Shown in pieces: positions 41,638-55,728 of a DNA stretch of 64,000 nt (positions within the stretch are counted from its first letter, which is position 1; each line of letters starts with the position of its first letter). The notes under the pieces were generated by a model. That model was given only the letters and a program-made list of their open reading frames with translations. It did no database searches and had not been told where the DNA came from. The stretch comes from Octopus vulgaris (taxonomy: Eukaryota). The stretch is from positions 76,756,001 to 76,820,000 of the forward strand of contig OX597831.1 of assembly GCA_951406725.2 (NCBI GenBank), written 5' to 3'. Made by a program: the position numbers and the translations under genes.

Positions 41638-41672
41638 GTTTAACGTTTCGAGCGGAGCTCTTCGTCGGAAAC
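41638..41672 (-). ncRNA. Minimal hammerhead variant
   Basis: GUUU-CCGACGAA-GAGC(UCC)GCUC-GAAA-CGU-U-AAAC. Confidence 0.55.
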
Positions 41673-41739
41673 ATAGGAGAAGGAAAGATCCAGAGAAGGG
41701 AAGACAGAGGAAAAAATCGCCAACGGTACACACGAGGTC

Positions 41740-41823
<84 letters not shown>

Positions 41824-41824
<1 letters not shown>

Positions 41825-42640
41825 CCAATCGCCACTCTCCACAAAGAGTATGTTCTCAAATAAAACTCAGCACAAAACCAAAGCATTAAACAAGACAAAT
41901 GAAAATATACGAAATAAAATAATTACCCATTAATTGTGCTGAGTTTTATTTGAGAACATACTCTTTGTGGAGAATGGCGATTTGACGTCTATATCTAGCA
42001 TGTTGACTGTTCACTTTTCGTGTTCAGTCCTTAATTGGTATATAAAAATATTTTAATCTTCTGATTCTTTTTAATATGTTAGACCACTGGTTTTAATTGA
42101 TTAATATCAATTTCTACCCTTAATTAATTTTATATAAAATAAATATGTTCTCTAACCGGTAAATTGACTGCTGCTACTTATTAGCTGCAGGCTGGTTTTT
42201 CCGTTCTCAGCGCGCCGAAGTAAAGGCATTTGAAAAATACATTCAAATATAATCAGTTGAACTCCATGCATGCGAGACTCCGGTGAATCGTTTTTGCATC
42301 TAGTCCAGCAGATTGTGTTTATAACGGACCATGCTGACGAGATTACAGTTTACCCTTGCGGATAATAATAATCGAAACTGATTCAGTACATGGGTAATTA
42401 TTTTATTTCGTATATTTTCATTTGCTTTGTTTAATGCTTTGGTTTTGTGCTGAGTTTTATTTGAGAACATACTCTTTGTGGAGATTGGCGATTTGACGTC
42501 TATATCTAGCATGTTGACTGTCCACTTTTCGTGTTCACTCCTTAATTGGTATATAAAAATATTTTAATCTTCGGATTCTTTATTTTTAATATGTTAGACC
42601 ACTGGTTTTAATTGATTAATATCAATTTCTACCCTTAATT
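41824..42640. repeat. Element with direct repeats (41935-42130 / 42445-42640) and a short inverted copy (41824-41895) in (TA)n
   Basis: Repeats seen directly. The layout resembles PLE pseudo-LTRs. Confidence 0.6.
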
Positions 42641-42645
42641 ATATA

Positions 42646-42684
<39 letters not shown>

Positions 42685-42688
<4 letters not shown>

Positions 42689-45600
42689 AAACAAGTCAAG
42701 ATAGAAAATGCTAAAATAATTTTATAAAGAACATTTCAGTACTGGTTTCAGTCACTGAGACCTTTTCAACTGTAACGATTAAATAATTAAATTTAGAAAA
42801 ATTAAAAGAAAAGTTTTTTTAAAGAATATTTGTATAGTGTTCAAATATAAGTGGCATTTTCCTTGTTTCTGGCTTTCTCTGTCTCTCTTGTTTACACTTG
42901 TGGGTTCGTGGTCGTTGTGAATTCTTGGTAGGGAAGAAGAAGAAGATGAAGGATGAGGAGAAGGGGGAGGGAAGAATTTGGGAGTGTCTTGATTGTCGTA
43001 TTTGAGTGGTCAGTGGCAGCTGGCAGTTGCTGTTCAATTAATGAAAATATTTCTATTGAAAGGTTTGTTTATAGAATTTGCGTAGGTGTTATACTAAAAA
43101 GCATTAGTGATAAAGTTAGGAAGTAGAAGGGGGAGAAGAAGAAGAAGAAGAAGAAGAAGAAGAAGAAGAAGAAGAAGAAGAAGAAGAAGAAAGAGAAGGG
43201 AGAATATGAATGAGTGGAAGTAGTGAGGTGTTGTATGACTTACAGTTGGCACGTTATGGGTTATAGCTGTGATTGGGGCTGATTTTTAATGAATTCTTAG
43301 GAAAGTAATATTTGCGTGTGTATTTGTGTTATTCTAAAGCCGAGGTGGATATATCGTTTGTCGTAGACCCGTTCAGAAGGGGTCTGTATTTTGTAATAAA
43401 GAGAGTTTCTTTACTTATTCGTGGCTCGAGGTTGTATCGTCCCTGAATTGGTAGAGGGGGAAAAACCTGAAGCTTGGTGTTTTGTTGTTGGCGCAAATAT
43501 CTATGTGTTGGCTGAATGCTATTTTTCTGTTTTGGGGAATTTTTATCTGGGATCTGTGCAGGGCCATTCTATTACGCAAACTATTTTTTGTTTGGCTTAT
43601 GTATTGCTCTTGACACCCAGAGCAGGTTAGTGTGTATATCAGGTTCTCCGAAGCACATGTGAAGTTGCTTTTCACTGTGAACCGTTGTCCCTGTTTGAAG
43701 GAGAACTCTGATCCCTCAATTAGATAATCGCATATCCCGCAATTGGGTCTTCCACATTTTTTTACTGTCGGCTTCTGTGTTGATGAGCGTATTCGGGCTT
43801 GTGTTAGGAGACTTTTCATAGATTTAGGCTGTCCTCTTGCTTTTTATGATCGTGTGTGTTTGGAGGATTATGTTCATTCTGTGGTCTTTTTTAGCAGGGG
43901 TATGTTTTGTAAGATGGTGTCGAAGGCTTCATTGTTGAGAGGGTTGTGTGTGAAGATGTATGGTAAGGCTTTTGGTCGTAAAATTTTCTTTAATTTGGGA
44001 AGTCTGAGTTCCTGGATGTTGAGTTGAAGGGCACGTTGAATGCATATGTCAATAAGTGAAGGTGGGTAGTTCCTGGTGATGAGGGTATCTTTTAGTTCTT
44101 GTAGTCGTGTGTCTCTGGTGTTTGCATTAGAAACTATAGTACATATCCTTCTTGCTAGGTTGAAGGGGATATTAATTCTGGTGTGTCTGGAGTGGCATGA
44201 ATTGAATGGAAGATATTGCTCAGAATCTGTAGGCTTATAGTATATATCTGTTTCTATTACATTATTAGATTTCTTAATGAGGATGTCGAGGAAGGGAAGT
44301 TGTTGCTGGCTATATTCCATCGTGAATTGGATGTTTACGCCCAGTCCATTTAAAATTGCTTGGAATTCTATGAGTTTTTCTATATTTTTATGCCAAAGAA
44401 TGAAACAGTCATCTAGGTATCACTTCCAGTTGTTTTCTATGTAGAGGGAGAAAGGGCTGCCATATCTTTCTAGAACCTTACCATACAGACTGATTTCTAG
44501 ATATCCCATGACTAGGTTGGCAAAGGAGGGGGCCTTTCGCGTACCCATCGCAGTCCCCGATCGATTTTTGTCGGTAGAAGTTGTCTTTGAAAGCGAAGAA
44601 GTTATTTTCCAGGATGAATTTAAGCCCTTCTATCACAAATTCTTTTTTGATGCGATATGGGAGTTCGTTGGCGTGATTCTCTAGCCAGAATTGAATTACC
44701 TCTATTCCTAGGCTGTGGGGGATATTGGAATAGAGGTTGACTAAATCGAAAGATACTAGTAGGGTGTTTTTGTTTATAGTATTAGGTAGGTGATTGAGCA
44801 TATCCAGGTCGTCCCTTATATAACTTTTGACATGTTTGAGGAGTGATTTTAAGAGGGTGTCTAAAATGTTACTGAGGCGGTGGGTTTCGCATGCGGGACC
44901 TGCTATTATAGGTCTCAATTTGAGTTCATTAGGATTAGGGACTTTAATTATTTTGTCTGTGACTATTTTGCATGCGTTACTTATTTTCTCACTTTTGTGT
45001 ATCTTAGGAATACCGTAGAATTGGCTGGTTTTACTTGTGAAATTGGTCATATAGTCATATTCTTTGTCGATGAGCCCTTCTTTGTAGGGATTTAACATGG
45101 ATTTTAGTTCCCTCATTATTTTTTGTTGACTGTAGTTTTGTGCCTTTTCGTAATATGTTGTGTCTTCCAACATAGATAGTACTAAAGTTATGTAAAATGT
45201 CGTGTCCATTAAGACAACTGCACTCCCTTTATCGGCCTCTTTGATTGTTATTGTTTTGTCTTGTTTTAATTTGTTCAGCTCAGCCCATTCTTTTTTGCTG
45301 AAGTTTGGTTTGTGTTTTTGTTTGTGCATATGTTGATATGGGTAATTCGATATGTGGTCACAGAAATGATCAAGTGTTTTGTTCTTACCTTTTGAGGGGG
45401 TGTAGTTACTCCTATTTCTGACCAACGATTCGTCCTCGTTGTATTTGTCGTATAGCTCCTCAGTAAGTCGTAATTTTCTACAGAATTCTGCGATGTCTTT
45501 CATTTCGTTGTAGTTGGGGTGTTGTGGGGTGGGTGTAAACTTGAGTCCTTTGGAGAGTATATTTATTTGGTTTGCTGTTAGTTCGTTGTGAGTTTGTGCT

Positions 45601-46999
45601 ATCTTGTGTCTCTGTGTTTGCGTATTGGGTCTAAAAAATGAATGCGGTGGTTGGGACGGTAGCTATTATATAGTTGTTCCTTGTTGATGTGGGGTGCCCT
45701 GTCGTGATTTATGGTGTGTGTTCTTGGAACAGTATTGTGAAGTGCGTCCCGATATCCCATATTCGGGTGTGGTGTTTTAGGAGGCCTTCTTTGGTAATCA
45801 TTGCGAGTGGTGCGGGTTTGTTGTGCACGGTTGTTTAGCAGGTTGTTGGAACGAAAATTTCGTTGGTAACTCTTTTGGGTGGGGAGGATGTTGCAGCGTC
45901 TATCCTGTGGGTATTTATTTATCCATTTTCTGTTTGAAGTGAGGGTATTCCTGATATTGTATCGCTGGTGGCTTACAAAGTTAGGGTTAGGTCCTGTATT
46001 CTTTTTTTGATATTAGTGATGGTTATGATTTTTAGACAGGTGTGTATCGGTGTTTGCGTGTTGTTTTGATTTTCTTATTTTCTGGAAAGGATTGTTGGAA
46101 GCGTGCTCTATTTGAAAGACGGTTTCATAGTTTGAGAACCAAGTGGCGCTTTTCTCCCAGCGTTGGAGAGATTTCAGTTCTTCTTTTTCACAGTCCTCTT
46201 TCCATAGTTTGGAGAACCTCTCTTGATCTGGGCCTTGGGTCATTTTGCGAATTTCTTCGTTGATCTCTTCATCGGTGGATTTTACTTTATCCTCATTCAT
46301 TTGGGCCCTCAATTTTAGAAGTTCTATTTCCATTTTCACTTTTTCCAGTGCCATTTTCTCCCTGAGGCGTCTTTGTGCTTCAGGTTCCTCTGTAATGGTT
46401 TTGATCTGGAATTTACGTGGGAAGAGTAACGGAGTCCGGTTCAGCCATTTTTCGTATATATCCGCTTTGTTGTTGTTTTGGATCATCTTCCAAAAGGCGA
46501 ACGTTCTATCTCTGAGTGATTTGTTCCATTACGCAAATATTACATTCCTAAGAATCCATTAAAAATCATCCCCAATCACAGCTATAACCCATAACGTGCC
46601 AACTTTAAGTCATACAACACCTCACTACTTCCACTCATTCATATTCTCCCTTCTCTTTCTTCTTCTTCTTCTTTTTCTTCTTCTTCTTCTTCTTCTTCTT
46701 CTTCTTCTTCTTCTTCTTCTTCTTCTTCTTCTTCTTCTACTATTTCCCTACCAAGAATTCACAACGACCTCGAAACCACAAGAGTAAACAAGAGAGACAG
46801 AGACAGGCAGAAACAAGGAAAATGCCACTTATATTTGAACACTATACAAATATTCTTTTAAAAAACTTTTCTTTTAATTTTTCTAAATTTAATTATTTAA
46901 TTATTTAATTGTTACAGTTGAAAAGGTCTCAATGACGGAAACCGGTACTGAAATGTTCTTTATAAAATTATTATAAAGCATTTTCTATCTTGACTTGTT

Positions 47000-47003
<4 letters not shown>
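42685..47003 (-). mobile_element. Near-full-length Penelope-like element with an inverted 5' pseudo-LTR
   Basis: ORF pieces 46486-46013, 45503-44478 (IKEADKG, FYGIPKIHK, RPIIAG, SFD..LYSNIP), 44320-43874 and 43819-43415 (GIY-YIG). 46530-47003 is an inverted copy of 42685-43317. Confidence 0.92.
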
Positions 47004-47085
<82 letters not shown>

Positions 47086-47451
47086 GCAAATTGAAATAGG
47101 GGTTGTGAGTGCAACCCACCATGGGATAACATGTATCCAATATACTGCTAGCAAAGCACCCAACAAAGTTAATGCATAAATGTTAAGAATTGCGATGAAT
47201 TATATGGGCAAAGGTAAAATGTTTTACCACAAATTAATAATACAAAATAAGAAAATGGAGAAATACACCTTAATCAATAATCAACTACCAGATAATACCC
47301 AATCTCATAATTTATTAAACCACTACATATGAACATTAAGTTCAAACATAATAATATAGAACAAAACAACGTACATCAATGAGTAATAAGATACAATAAG
47401 TACAGTATGTATAAGTGAATATAAATAAATACAAATATAAATATAAACTAC

Positions 47452-47574
47452 ATCTTACAGCTGTTTCAGCCATGCAGATATGGGTGCCTCATTATACTCA
47501 TATTAGCCATGTGTGATAGGTTAATATGTAGTTATAAATGAGACACAAAAATATCCCAAGGCCTCTTCAGAGAT
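47452..47574 (-). ncRNA. Hammerhead ribozyme with long stem II
   Basis: AUCU-CUGAAGA-GGCC...GGCU-GAAA-CAGCUG-UA-AGAU, with palindromic stem III. Confidence 0.7.
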
Positions 47575-47704
47575 TATGAAGAACAAACTAAATTAAATAT
47601 GAAAATCAGAGGAGGTACACCCATACAAGAGCGGGTACATACCCATAATATATAATACAATATATAATATACACAGACATATGAGTGCATATATCCATAC
47701 TCCT

Positions 47705-47775
<71 letters not shown>

Positions 47776-48196
47776 TATAATAATAATATACAGCAATATA
47801 CATACATATGTTCTATATTCAAGCTTACAGTTGGTCAAAACATTATATTAGAATATTACAATATAGAAACATACACATATCTATATTCAAATGCAGATAT
47901 ACAAAGTCAAGAGTTCATTATATTAAGTTACAAAATGCCATTAATATTACCATCATTACTATTACCATTGCCACTATTGCTACTAATATCATTGTTATTA
48001 ATATTATTAATAGCATTAATACCAGCCAAACAATATATGCATCACGTGGTTAGCAACATAATAGCAAAAACAACAACAACAACAACAACAATAATACAGT
48101 ACCATGCAAAGCATTAAGATCGGCAGATACATATGGCCACAGCTCGTGAGCTGAAACTAGATAAAATAAAATAAAAAATAAAAAATGAAATAAATA

Positions 48197-48236
<40 letters not shown>

Positions 48237-48412
48237 CTTTATAAATATAAATAAATAATTTTTAATTTTTAACTTTAAATTTAAATAATTTAAACTTTGA
48301 ATTTTATATATTTTGTATATAATATTAATTAATTTTATTTCAATGTTTTGGTTTATGTTTTTCACTCTTTGATTTGCCTATAGTGGTTTTATATCTAATT
48401 TAATTTATATTT

Positions 48413-48471
<59 letters not shown>

Positions 48472-48494
48472 CATATATATAACAATATATATAC

Positions 48495-50380
48495 GGTGCA
48501 CTGTAGGATAGGGCCACTCCTTGAAAAGGATGGCACACTCACAGGAAATCCAATGAGGGTAAGTGAAATACTAAATGAGCAATTCAAGAGTGTTTTCACT
48601 CCACCCCTTGGGCATTTCGAAATCAGCAATCCAACTGACTTCTTTACCACTGCAGGTATAAAATCAGAGGCAGCGTGATTGATTACATCAATATAAAGGA
48701 AGACGATGTAATAAAGGCTATAGATGAACTGAAAAGAAACTCAGCAACTGGCCCCGATGGATTCCCGGCAATCCTTCTAAAAGTATGTAAGAGAGTCCTA
48801 GCAAGACCACTGCAGTTCCTCTTTCAGAGCTTCCTTGCAACTGGCAAACTTCCAAGAAAACTGAAGGAAGGTAAAATATGCCCTATCCATAAAGGAGGTA
48901 GCAGAGCGGAGGCCAAGAACTACAGACCTATCTCTCTGACCTCCCACATCAGCAAGGTCATGGAACTAATAGTCAGAAGGAAACTAATCACCTTCCTTGA
49001 AGAAAATGGCTTGCTGCCTGACACCCAACATGATTTCCGACCAGGAAGAAGCTGCCTAACTCAGCTCCTACAACACTATGATTGGGTGCTGAAACGACTG
49101 CTCAACCACTCAAATGTAGAAGTCATATATCTCGACTTTGCAAAGGCCTTTGATAAAGTCGATCATGCATTGATATGCCACAAACTTCGTGATCTTGGCA
49201 TAGTTGGAAAATTGGGAGAATGACTTCATGACTTTCTGAAGGATAGAAGCCAGGTGGTAGTAGCCACTTCCATTAACACGCAAATAGTGAGCGGTGTTCC
49301 GCAGGGCACTGTTTTGGGACCACTACTGTTCATAATGGCCTTCTCAGACATGCCCTCAGCCACGCAGAGAGCCACGATCACAAGTTATGCAGATGATACA
49401 AAAGTTTCACAGGCAATACAGAACCCTGAAGACACTAAGCACCTGCAATGTGAGCTGGACAAAATATACAAGTGGGCTGAAAAGAATAGCATGCAGTTCA
49501 ATGCTGAAAAGTTTCAAGCTTTATGCTATCAGCATACAAAACTAAATGCAATACACAATGAATACACTGGACCTGGAGGGATTGCAATCCCAGAGGCACA
49601 ATCAGTGCGTGACCTGTGTATTTACATGAGTGATGACGCAACCTTTCATGTACATGTTGCTAAATTGACAATGAAATGTAGACGGTTGGCCGGATGGATT
49701 TTTATAACAAGAGACCAGGAAACCATGATGGTCCTCTGGAGGACACTTGTCCTAAGCCACTTTGACTATTGCTTCAGCTATGATCACCTTCCAGTGTCAA
49801 GTTGATCACAGAACTTGAGGCGACCCAACGAAGCTACACGAAGAAGATAGCCTCTGTGCAGCATATAAGCTACTGGGAAAGACTCAAGAGATTAAAACAC
49901 TATTCCTTGGAGCGTAGGAGAGAAAGATATGCCATAATATACATCTGGAAGATCCTAGAAGGACTTGTCCCAAACTTTGGCATCGAGAGTTACACAAATG
50001 CCAGAACTGGGCGCCACTGCATGGTGCCAAGGACTCCAAATTTGCCATCAAGATGTAGGACAAGATACTGTGACAGCCTGGGCTTCAGAGGCCCACAGCT
50101 CTTCAATATCCTCCCGAAGAACCTAAGAGACCTGCATGGGGTGAATGCAGATGTCTTTAAAATAAAACTGGATCTCTTCCTGTCAGGTGTCCCAGATGAA
50201 CCAACTTCATGGCAGGAGGTGCAGATGAGGGTAGCTGCATCGAACTCTCTCATGCACCAAATGCCAGTTGCTAAAAAGCATTCGTGAAGTAAAATCATGT
50301 AGCAACACCAAATGGCGGTGACCCAGCATGGCCACTGCTCGTGAGCTGAAACTAGATAAAATAAAATAAAATAAAAAATA
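48495..50380 (+). mobile_element. 5'-truncated LINE, RT to 3' end, frameshifted, (ATAAA)n tail
   Basis: GPDG, NYRPISLTS, LDFAKAFD, GVPQG and YADD motifs. 3' stem-loop gctcgtgagc. A short 3' fragment also lies at 48100-48180. Confidence 0.9.
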
Positions 50381-50839
50381 TAAATACATATATATAGATA
50401 GATATAAATATATATATACATATATATATACATATATACATATATAGACATATATATATATAAATATATATATATACATATATACATATAAATGTATATA
50501 TATACATATATATAAATAGATGTAGGAGGAATTAGTTAAGCACTCCACTAACGCACCCACAGACAAAATTTCCCACATATGTAATAGATGTATGTGTGCA
50601 TATATATATATATATACATGTATATATATACATATATATATATACATACATATATATATACATATACATATATAAATATATATACATATATATATATACA
50701 TACATATACATATATATACATGTATATACATATATATATATACATGTACATATATATATATATATGTAAATATATATATAAATATATATACATATATATA
50801 AATATATATAGAGAGATATATATAAATATATATAATCAA

Positions 50840-51622
50840 TATAGGGTGGCAAAAATAAAATTTTGTAGAATTCTTTTGCCAACTTCCGGTTTCATAGGGG
50901 AAAGACGTGTTTGCTTTGCTCTGTAATAAAAACAAAAAGGTTTGCATAAATCGACGAAATAATCTGCTAAAACTGATAAGAAAACGTAGAACTTGCTATC
51001 TCATAGCGGTCTACTTGGATATATTAGTTAAAAACCGCAATATATTTCGCTTCAAGCCAAATATAATACACTAAAGTTAATTACGTGCGCAAGATTTCCC
51101 GTCGAAAAAGCACGTGGGGACATCTCGTAAGTTTATTTCCAATCGACAGTAACAAGCAAAAAGAACTGTTTTCTTTTCTTTTTTGAAAGAAAACTTCTTC
51201 GTATAGAGACACGAATTTGGGACTTCTACCTCTTGTAAGATAAGTAGCCCTTTTCATTTGTTTAATTCCCTGTAATTCAATGTAACGTCTGAGTTAGGAC
51301 CTATTCTCTGTTTACATTCTGTTAATAATCTTTCAATTTCTGTTTCAGCGCCCGCTTCGTTTTTCTCAATACATCTCTTTAAAATTATTCAATTTTAGAT
51401 AGGTATATATTTATTTGTTGTTTTATTTATATATATATATTTGCTCACCCTCTCAATCTTCCTAAATATATAGACGCGAACATTAGAAACATAGTCGTAA
51501 TTAGTTCAGAAGAAACTTTCGTAGCTACGGGTAGATAGATATTTAAAATTAGCTTAGAAGAGAACTTTCGTAGCTGCAGATAGATCTATATTTATTTGTT
51601 GCATAACCTACTCTCTTTCATT

Positions 51623-51653
<31 letters not shown>

Positions 51654-53260
51654 TCACTTCTCTCCTTCACACTTCTTTCTTTGTATCTTCACTTCTCTCT
51701 GTCACACCATCTTTCCCCTCTCTGCCTCTCAATCTTTCTAAATATATAGACTCGAACATTCTCCTCTCACTCTCTCCTACTCTCTTCTAATCTTCTCTCT
51801 GCTCTCAATCTCTCCAAATACATAGACACTTTCTTTCTCTATTTGTTCTCTACCCTCTATCACACTGTTAAAATTTAAATATAATTAGATAGATATATAA
51901 ATAAAATATCCAAAAAAGGTGTCCAGGACCTGGAGGAGCATGGAATTGGCATTGTTCTTGAGAGCCTGGCGATGCGATGACGGAGAAAATCCGAACAACA
52001 CAATTACAGCTGCGCTGAAGAGCAATGGTTACACAAGGACGTTAGCACAGATAGAGCGAAAGAAGCAGGAGTTTATACGCTCCTATGCACTCATAAGATC
52101 CCACATCAGCACGCTTGATGCCATCTTTGACAACGAACAAATCAAAGATGACAAGGTTGGAGGCACGGATGTAGATGAAAGTCGCCACCCCACTTGGTAG
52201 ACACCCAGGACAACAAAGAAGATTCAAGTGAGAAACCTGCCCGGGAATTAAACCCAAGTGCAATTGCCCCTACCAGCATCAAAAGCCAAAACCATGGAGA
52301 TGAAAGAGCCAAAAAAGAAGTAAAAGGAGGAAAAAACTAAAAGAAAAACAAAGCCAAAAGATGAAACAGCCAAAGATAGAAGCAAACCTGACTATCCACA
52401 TACCAAAAAGGATAGAAAGAGACAGCACACACGAATGTGTAAATTCTACCTGGAAGGTGTCTACTGGCATGGAGAAGAAGGTGCACGCTGCCTTTTTGCA
52501 CACCAAAGACCCTGCCGCATAAACATGAAACAGGACAGAAACCAACTGCCAAAAGGAAAAGGAAAGGACTACGCACCACCTGCCCCAAAACGGAGGTACG
52601 CAGATGTAGTGCGTGTTACAAACCATCAACAAATTGAAAGGGCAGCTGCTGAACAAGAATCTTTTTTGTGCATGGCACAAAAGATTGTTCAGCAGCTAAC
52701 CTGTCTCCATCAAACTCAAACTCGCAGATGGGACTATCCACAATACACAAGACTGTCACACCAATTAGACCCAAGGTGGACACCACTGGCAACAACACAC
52801 ACATCACCTCGATGCTCCTGCTGAACAGCAGAGGACTGCTAACACTCAGTAACAGGACAAAAATCCCTTTCTTGAAAGACCTTGTTGCATGCAATCAAGC
52901 CTTATGCATAGCACTTACGGAAACACACCTGAAACCGGATATAGCAGATGCGGAAATACACATACCACAGTATGTTGTATTACAGACCGACAGAAAAGAA
53001 AAGAGCCATGGTGGAGTTGCTATGTACATCCGCGCGGATCTCACACCCCAGGTCCTTTTGTCATACTCAAATTTGGTGTGTGACACACTAATTGTACATA
53101 TAAGGCAACTTGGTGTAGTTATATGTGCTACATATCGCCCTCCAGATGCTCCAAGCCGTGTAGGTAAGTTTGAAGACTGCCTTACAAAAATAGAAGTTCT
53201 AGTCACATTAGAACAACACATAAGTGTACTTCTTATGGGAGACTTCAACCTGCCCAATGA
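50840..53260 (+). mobile_element. LINE 5' part: probable 5' UTR, disrupted ORF1 and APE endonuclease start
   Basis: LNSRGL, LTETHL, GGVAMYI, YRPP and GDFN are APE motifs. The upstream ORF1 has Myb/SANT-like and CCCH-like patterns. Confidence 0.8.
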
Positions 53261-53279
53261 ATATAGATTAATAGATAGT

Positions 53280-54780
53280 TAATAATTTTGAATGTGTAGG
53301 ATAATAATTTTTTTCCTTTATGTAATATTTATTTATAATGATAATATGTACTTTATTTATTCAATTAAGGAACGAAGTATTTTATCTAAATATAAATCAG
53401 TTTACCAATATAAGTTTAATTTATTATTATTTAGCATTTGTTTTGAGTATTAATATGATATATAATATATATTTATTTATACTACAGTTAAGTTCATAAT
53501 TTGTAATAAATTTGTTAAATAAATCAAAATGTATTTATTATATATTTCGAAGTAGATTTATTTAGATGTTTATTTAATTAATTAATATTATATTAATGAA
53601 CTTTATTACAATATAGTTTTAAATTAATTTAGTTTATTAATTAGTGGTCATAATATAGATAATGTTTGAATTACTACTGAGTTAATTTTGAATGTTTCTA
53701 AATGTTATTTTATTTAAATAAAGGTTTGACTCCAACGTAACCTTTTTATATAAAATTAATTAATATTTATAAAATCTTTAGAGTATATACAGTAATTGAT
53801 AGTTATATAAATTATTTAATTTATAGAGTTTTGAGTATGATTTTGAGTATGATTCCGTTTTAAAATTTTAGTTAATGACACGGTTTTTGAAAGCTAAGTA
53901 AACCTTTTCTATTTAAGATATTTTAAGAAGTTTTATCCTATTGCATTGTATACTATATAACTTCTGATTGTTAATTTGATTCTATAATTATTTAGTTGTT
54001 GATGATATGTATTTAATTATTAGATTATAACTGTACGTAATTTGTAAGATATTACTTAGTCTTTGAGGTATAAAGATCGTAAAATATTTATACGGTACTT
54101 TTAAGATAGGTTGTAGTTTTTAATTTGATTTTTAATTTTTAAATGTATTTCATAAATATATTATATTGATATTTATAATATTTATGTAAGTAATAATGGA
54201 CTAATTAATTTATTTATATTTCATTAAATGTCTATACAATTATTGATGGAGTAAATTTTAGATTTTAATTACTATATTTATTGATTATAATTTAGATACT
54301 TACTTTAAAATATTTTATAATTATTAGATGTGAACTTAAATCTAAAAATATGAATAATGATTTTGTTAAGTAATTTGGTATTCAAATATTGGACTATAAC
54401 TGAGTAAAGGATATTCGAGAGTTTATTGTTTTTTTAAAGCCATATTATATCTTCATAGATAAATACATATTTCTATCTATTTTTTTACCTTAAAAATAAA
54501 TATTTAACATAATAAATGGGTTTTAGGAAATAATCCTAATGTTTTAAGTTTCTAATTTAGATAATGGAGTTTTTTCTATAAGGAAAATTATTATTTTATT
54601 TATTTTTTACAAAATATTGTTGAACTCTATTTGCTTATTTATTTAACTATTATCATTAACCTGAAGATTGAATATAATTTTAATTCGAATTTTCAATTGA
54701 ATTTAAACTTAATTGTAATTCGAATTTAATTATAGCCATGAAACATACGTAGTGTTTTTACTTATTATATTATATTTATC
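53280..54780 (+). mobile_element. Extremely AT-rich decayed element, probably a PLE, ending in a degenerate hammerhead (54658-54754)
   Basis: Faint RT-like residues, CTGAAGA..long hairpin..GAAAC..GTA at the 3' end, no open frames. Confidence 0.35.
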
Positions 54781-55065
54781 ATTCATTTTATACTTTTTGA
54801 AAAAATATAAATATATATATATATATGTATATATATAGATATTATATATTATAATAATTATTTTATTATTTGTTATATTATTTGTTATTTATGTATTGGT
54901 TTATGTCTATCACTGTTTGAGTTGCATAATAGTGGTTTTATCTCATATTTTATATTTTATACTGTGAAATTTGATTTAATACTAAATTCAATTTTTCTCC
55001 TTAAGTTTGGAGCTATACTCCCTAATATTATTATTATACACACACACACACACACATATATGTAT

Positions 55066-55098
<33 letters not shown>

Positions 55099-55139
55099 AG
55101 TATATATGTATATATATAGGCATATATATATATGTATGC

Positions 55140-55187
<48 letters not shown>

Positions 55188-55536
55188 GTATGTATGTGTA
55201 TGTATGTATATGAGTGTGTGTGTAGGTTAATATAGTTACGAAATAATGAAATAACGAAGCGAAACAGTCGATTACAATTTTTATTCAAGGTTTTTATTAC
55301 ATTTCTATACATGAAATAAACTTTAGATACGGAAGTTTTCAATTCATAAGGTAAATTGTATATTTATTAAGGAAACCATCAATTTGTGAGAATTATTAAC
55401 GTAACGTGAGGCTTGCAGTTAAATATTGTGTGTGCATCTGTGCGTGCATATATTTATGAGTGTATGTATATGTGTATTTATGTGTTTTGATACAGGTCCC
55501 AAATTCTCAACGCTTGTTAAGAACTGAATATTTTTT

Positions 55537-55728
55537 TTATTCCATATCAAACAGTAAATTTATGTCCCTAATCAGAGTTTCCTTCGTCTCTTCCCTCAGA
55601 TTCTTGATATACTCATCGTTGGGTTTATATCTGGCGTAGTTGAACCGGCAGAGGACCCCACACGATCCATGTTCAATAATTATGATACGCAGCGACTCTC
55701 TGTAAGCAATGAGCTGAACAGTAAACAC
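55537..55728 (-). CDS. Gene X exon 5 (63 aa + stop)
   Basis: ttttag acceptor, VFTVQLIAYRES...INLLFDME*. Confidence 0.85.
   Translation of the reverse strand: MFTVQLIAYRESLRIIIIEHGSCGVLCRFNYARYKPNDEYIKNLREETKETLIRDINLLFDME

Noticed and set aside
53280-54780. Mitochondrial insertion (NUMT)
   Set aside because: No recognisable mitochondrial rRNA, tRNA or protein motifs. The terminal hammerhead-like motif favours a PLE, though this was not excluded by search.
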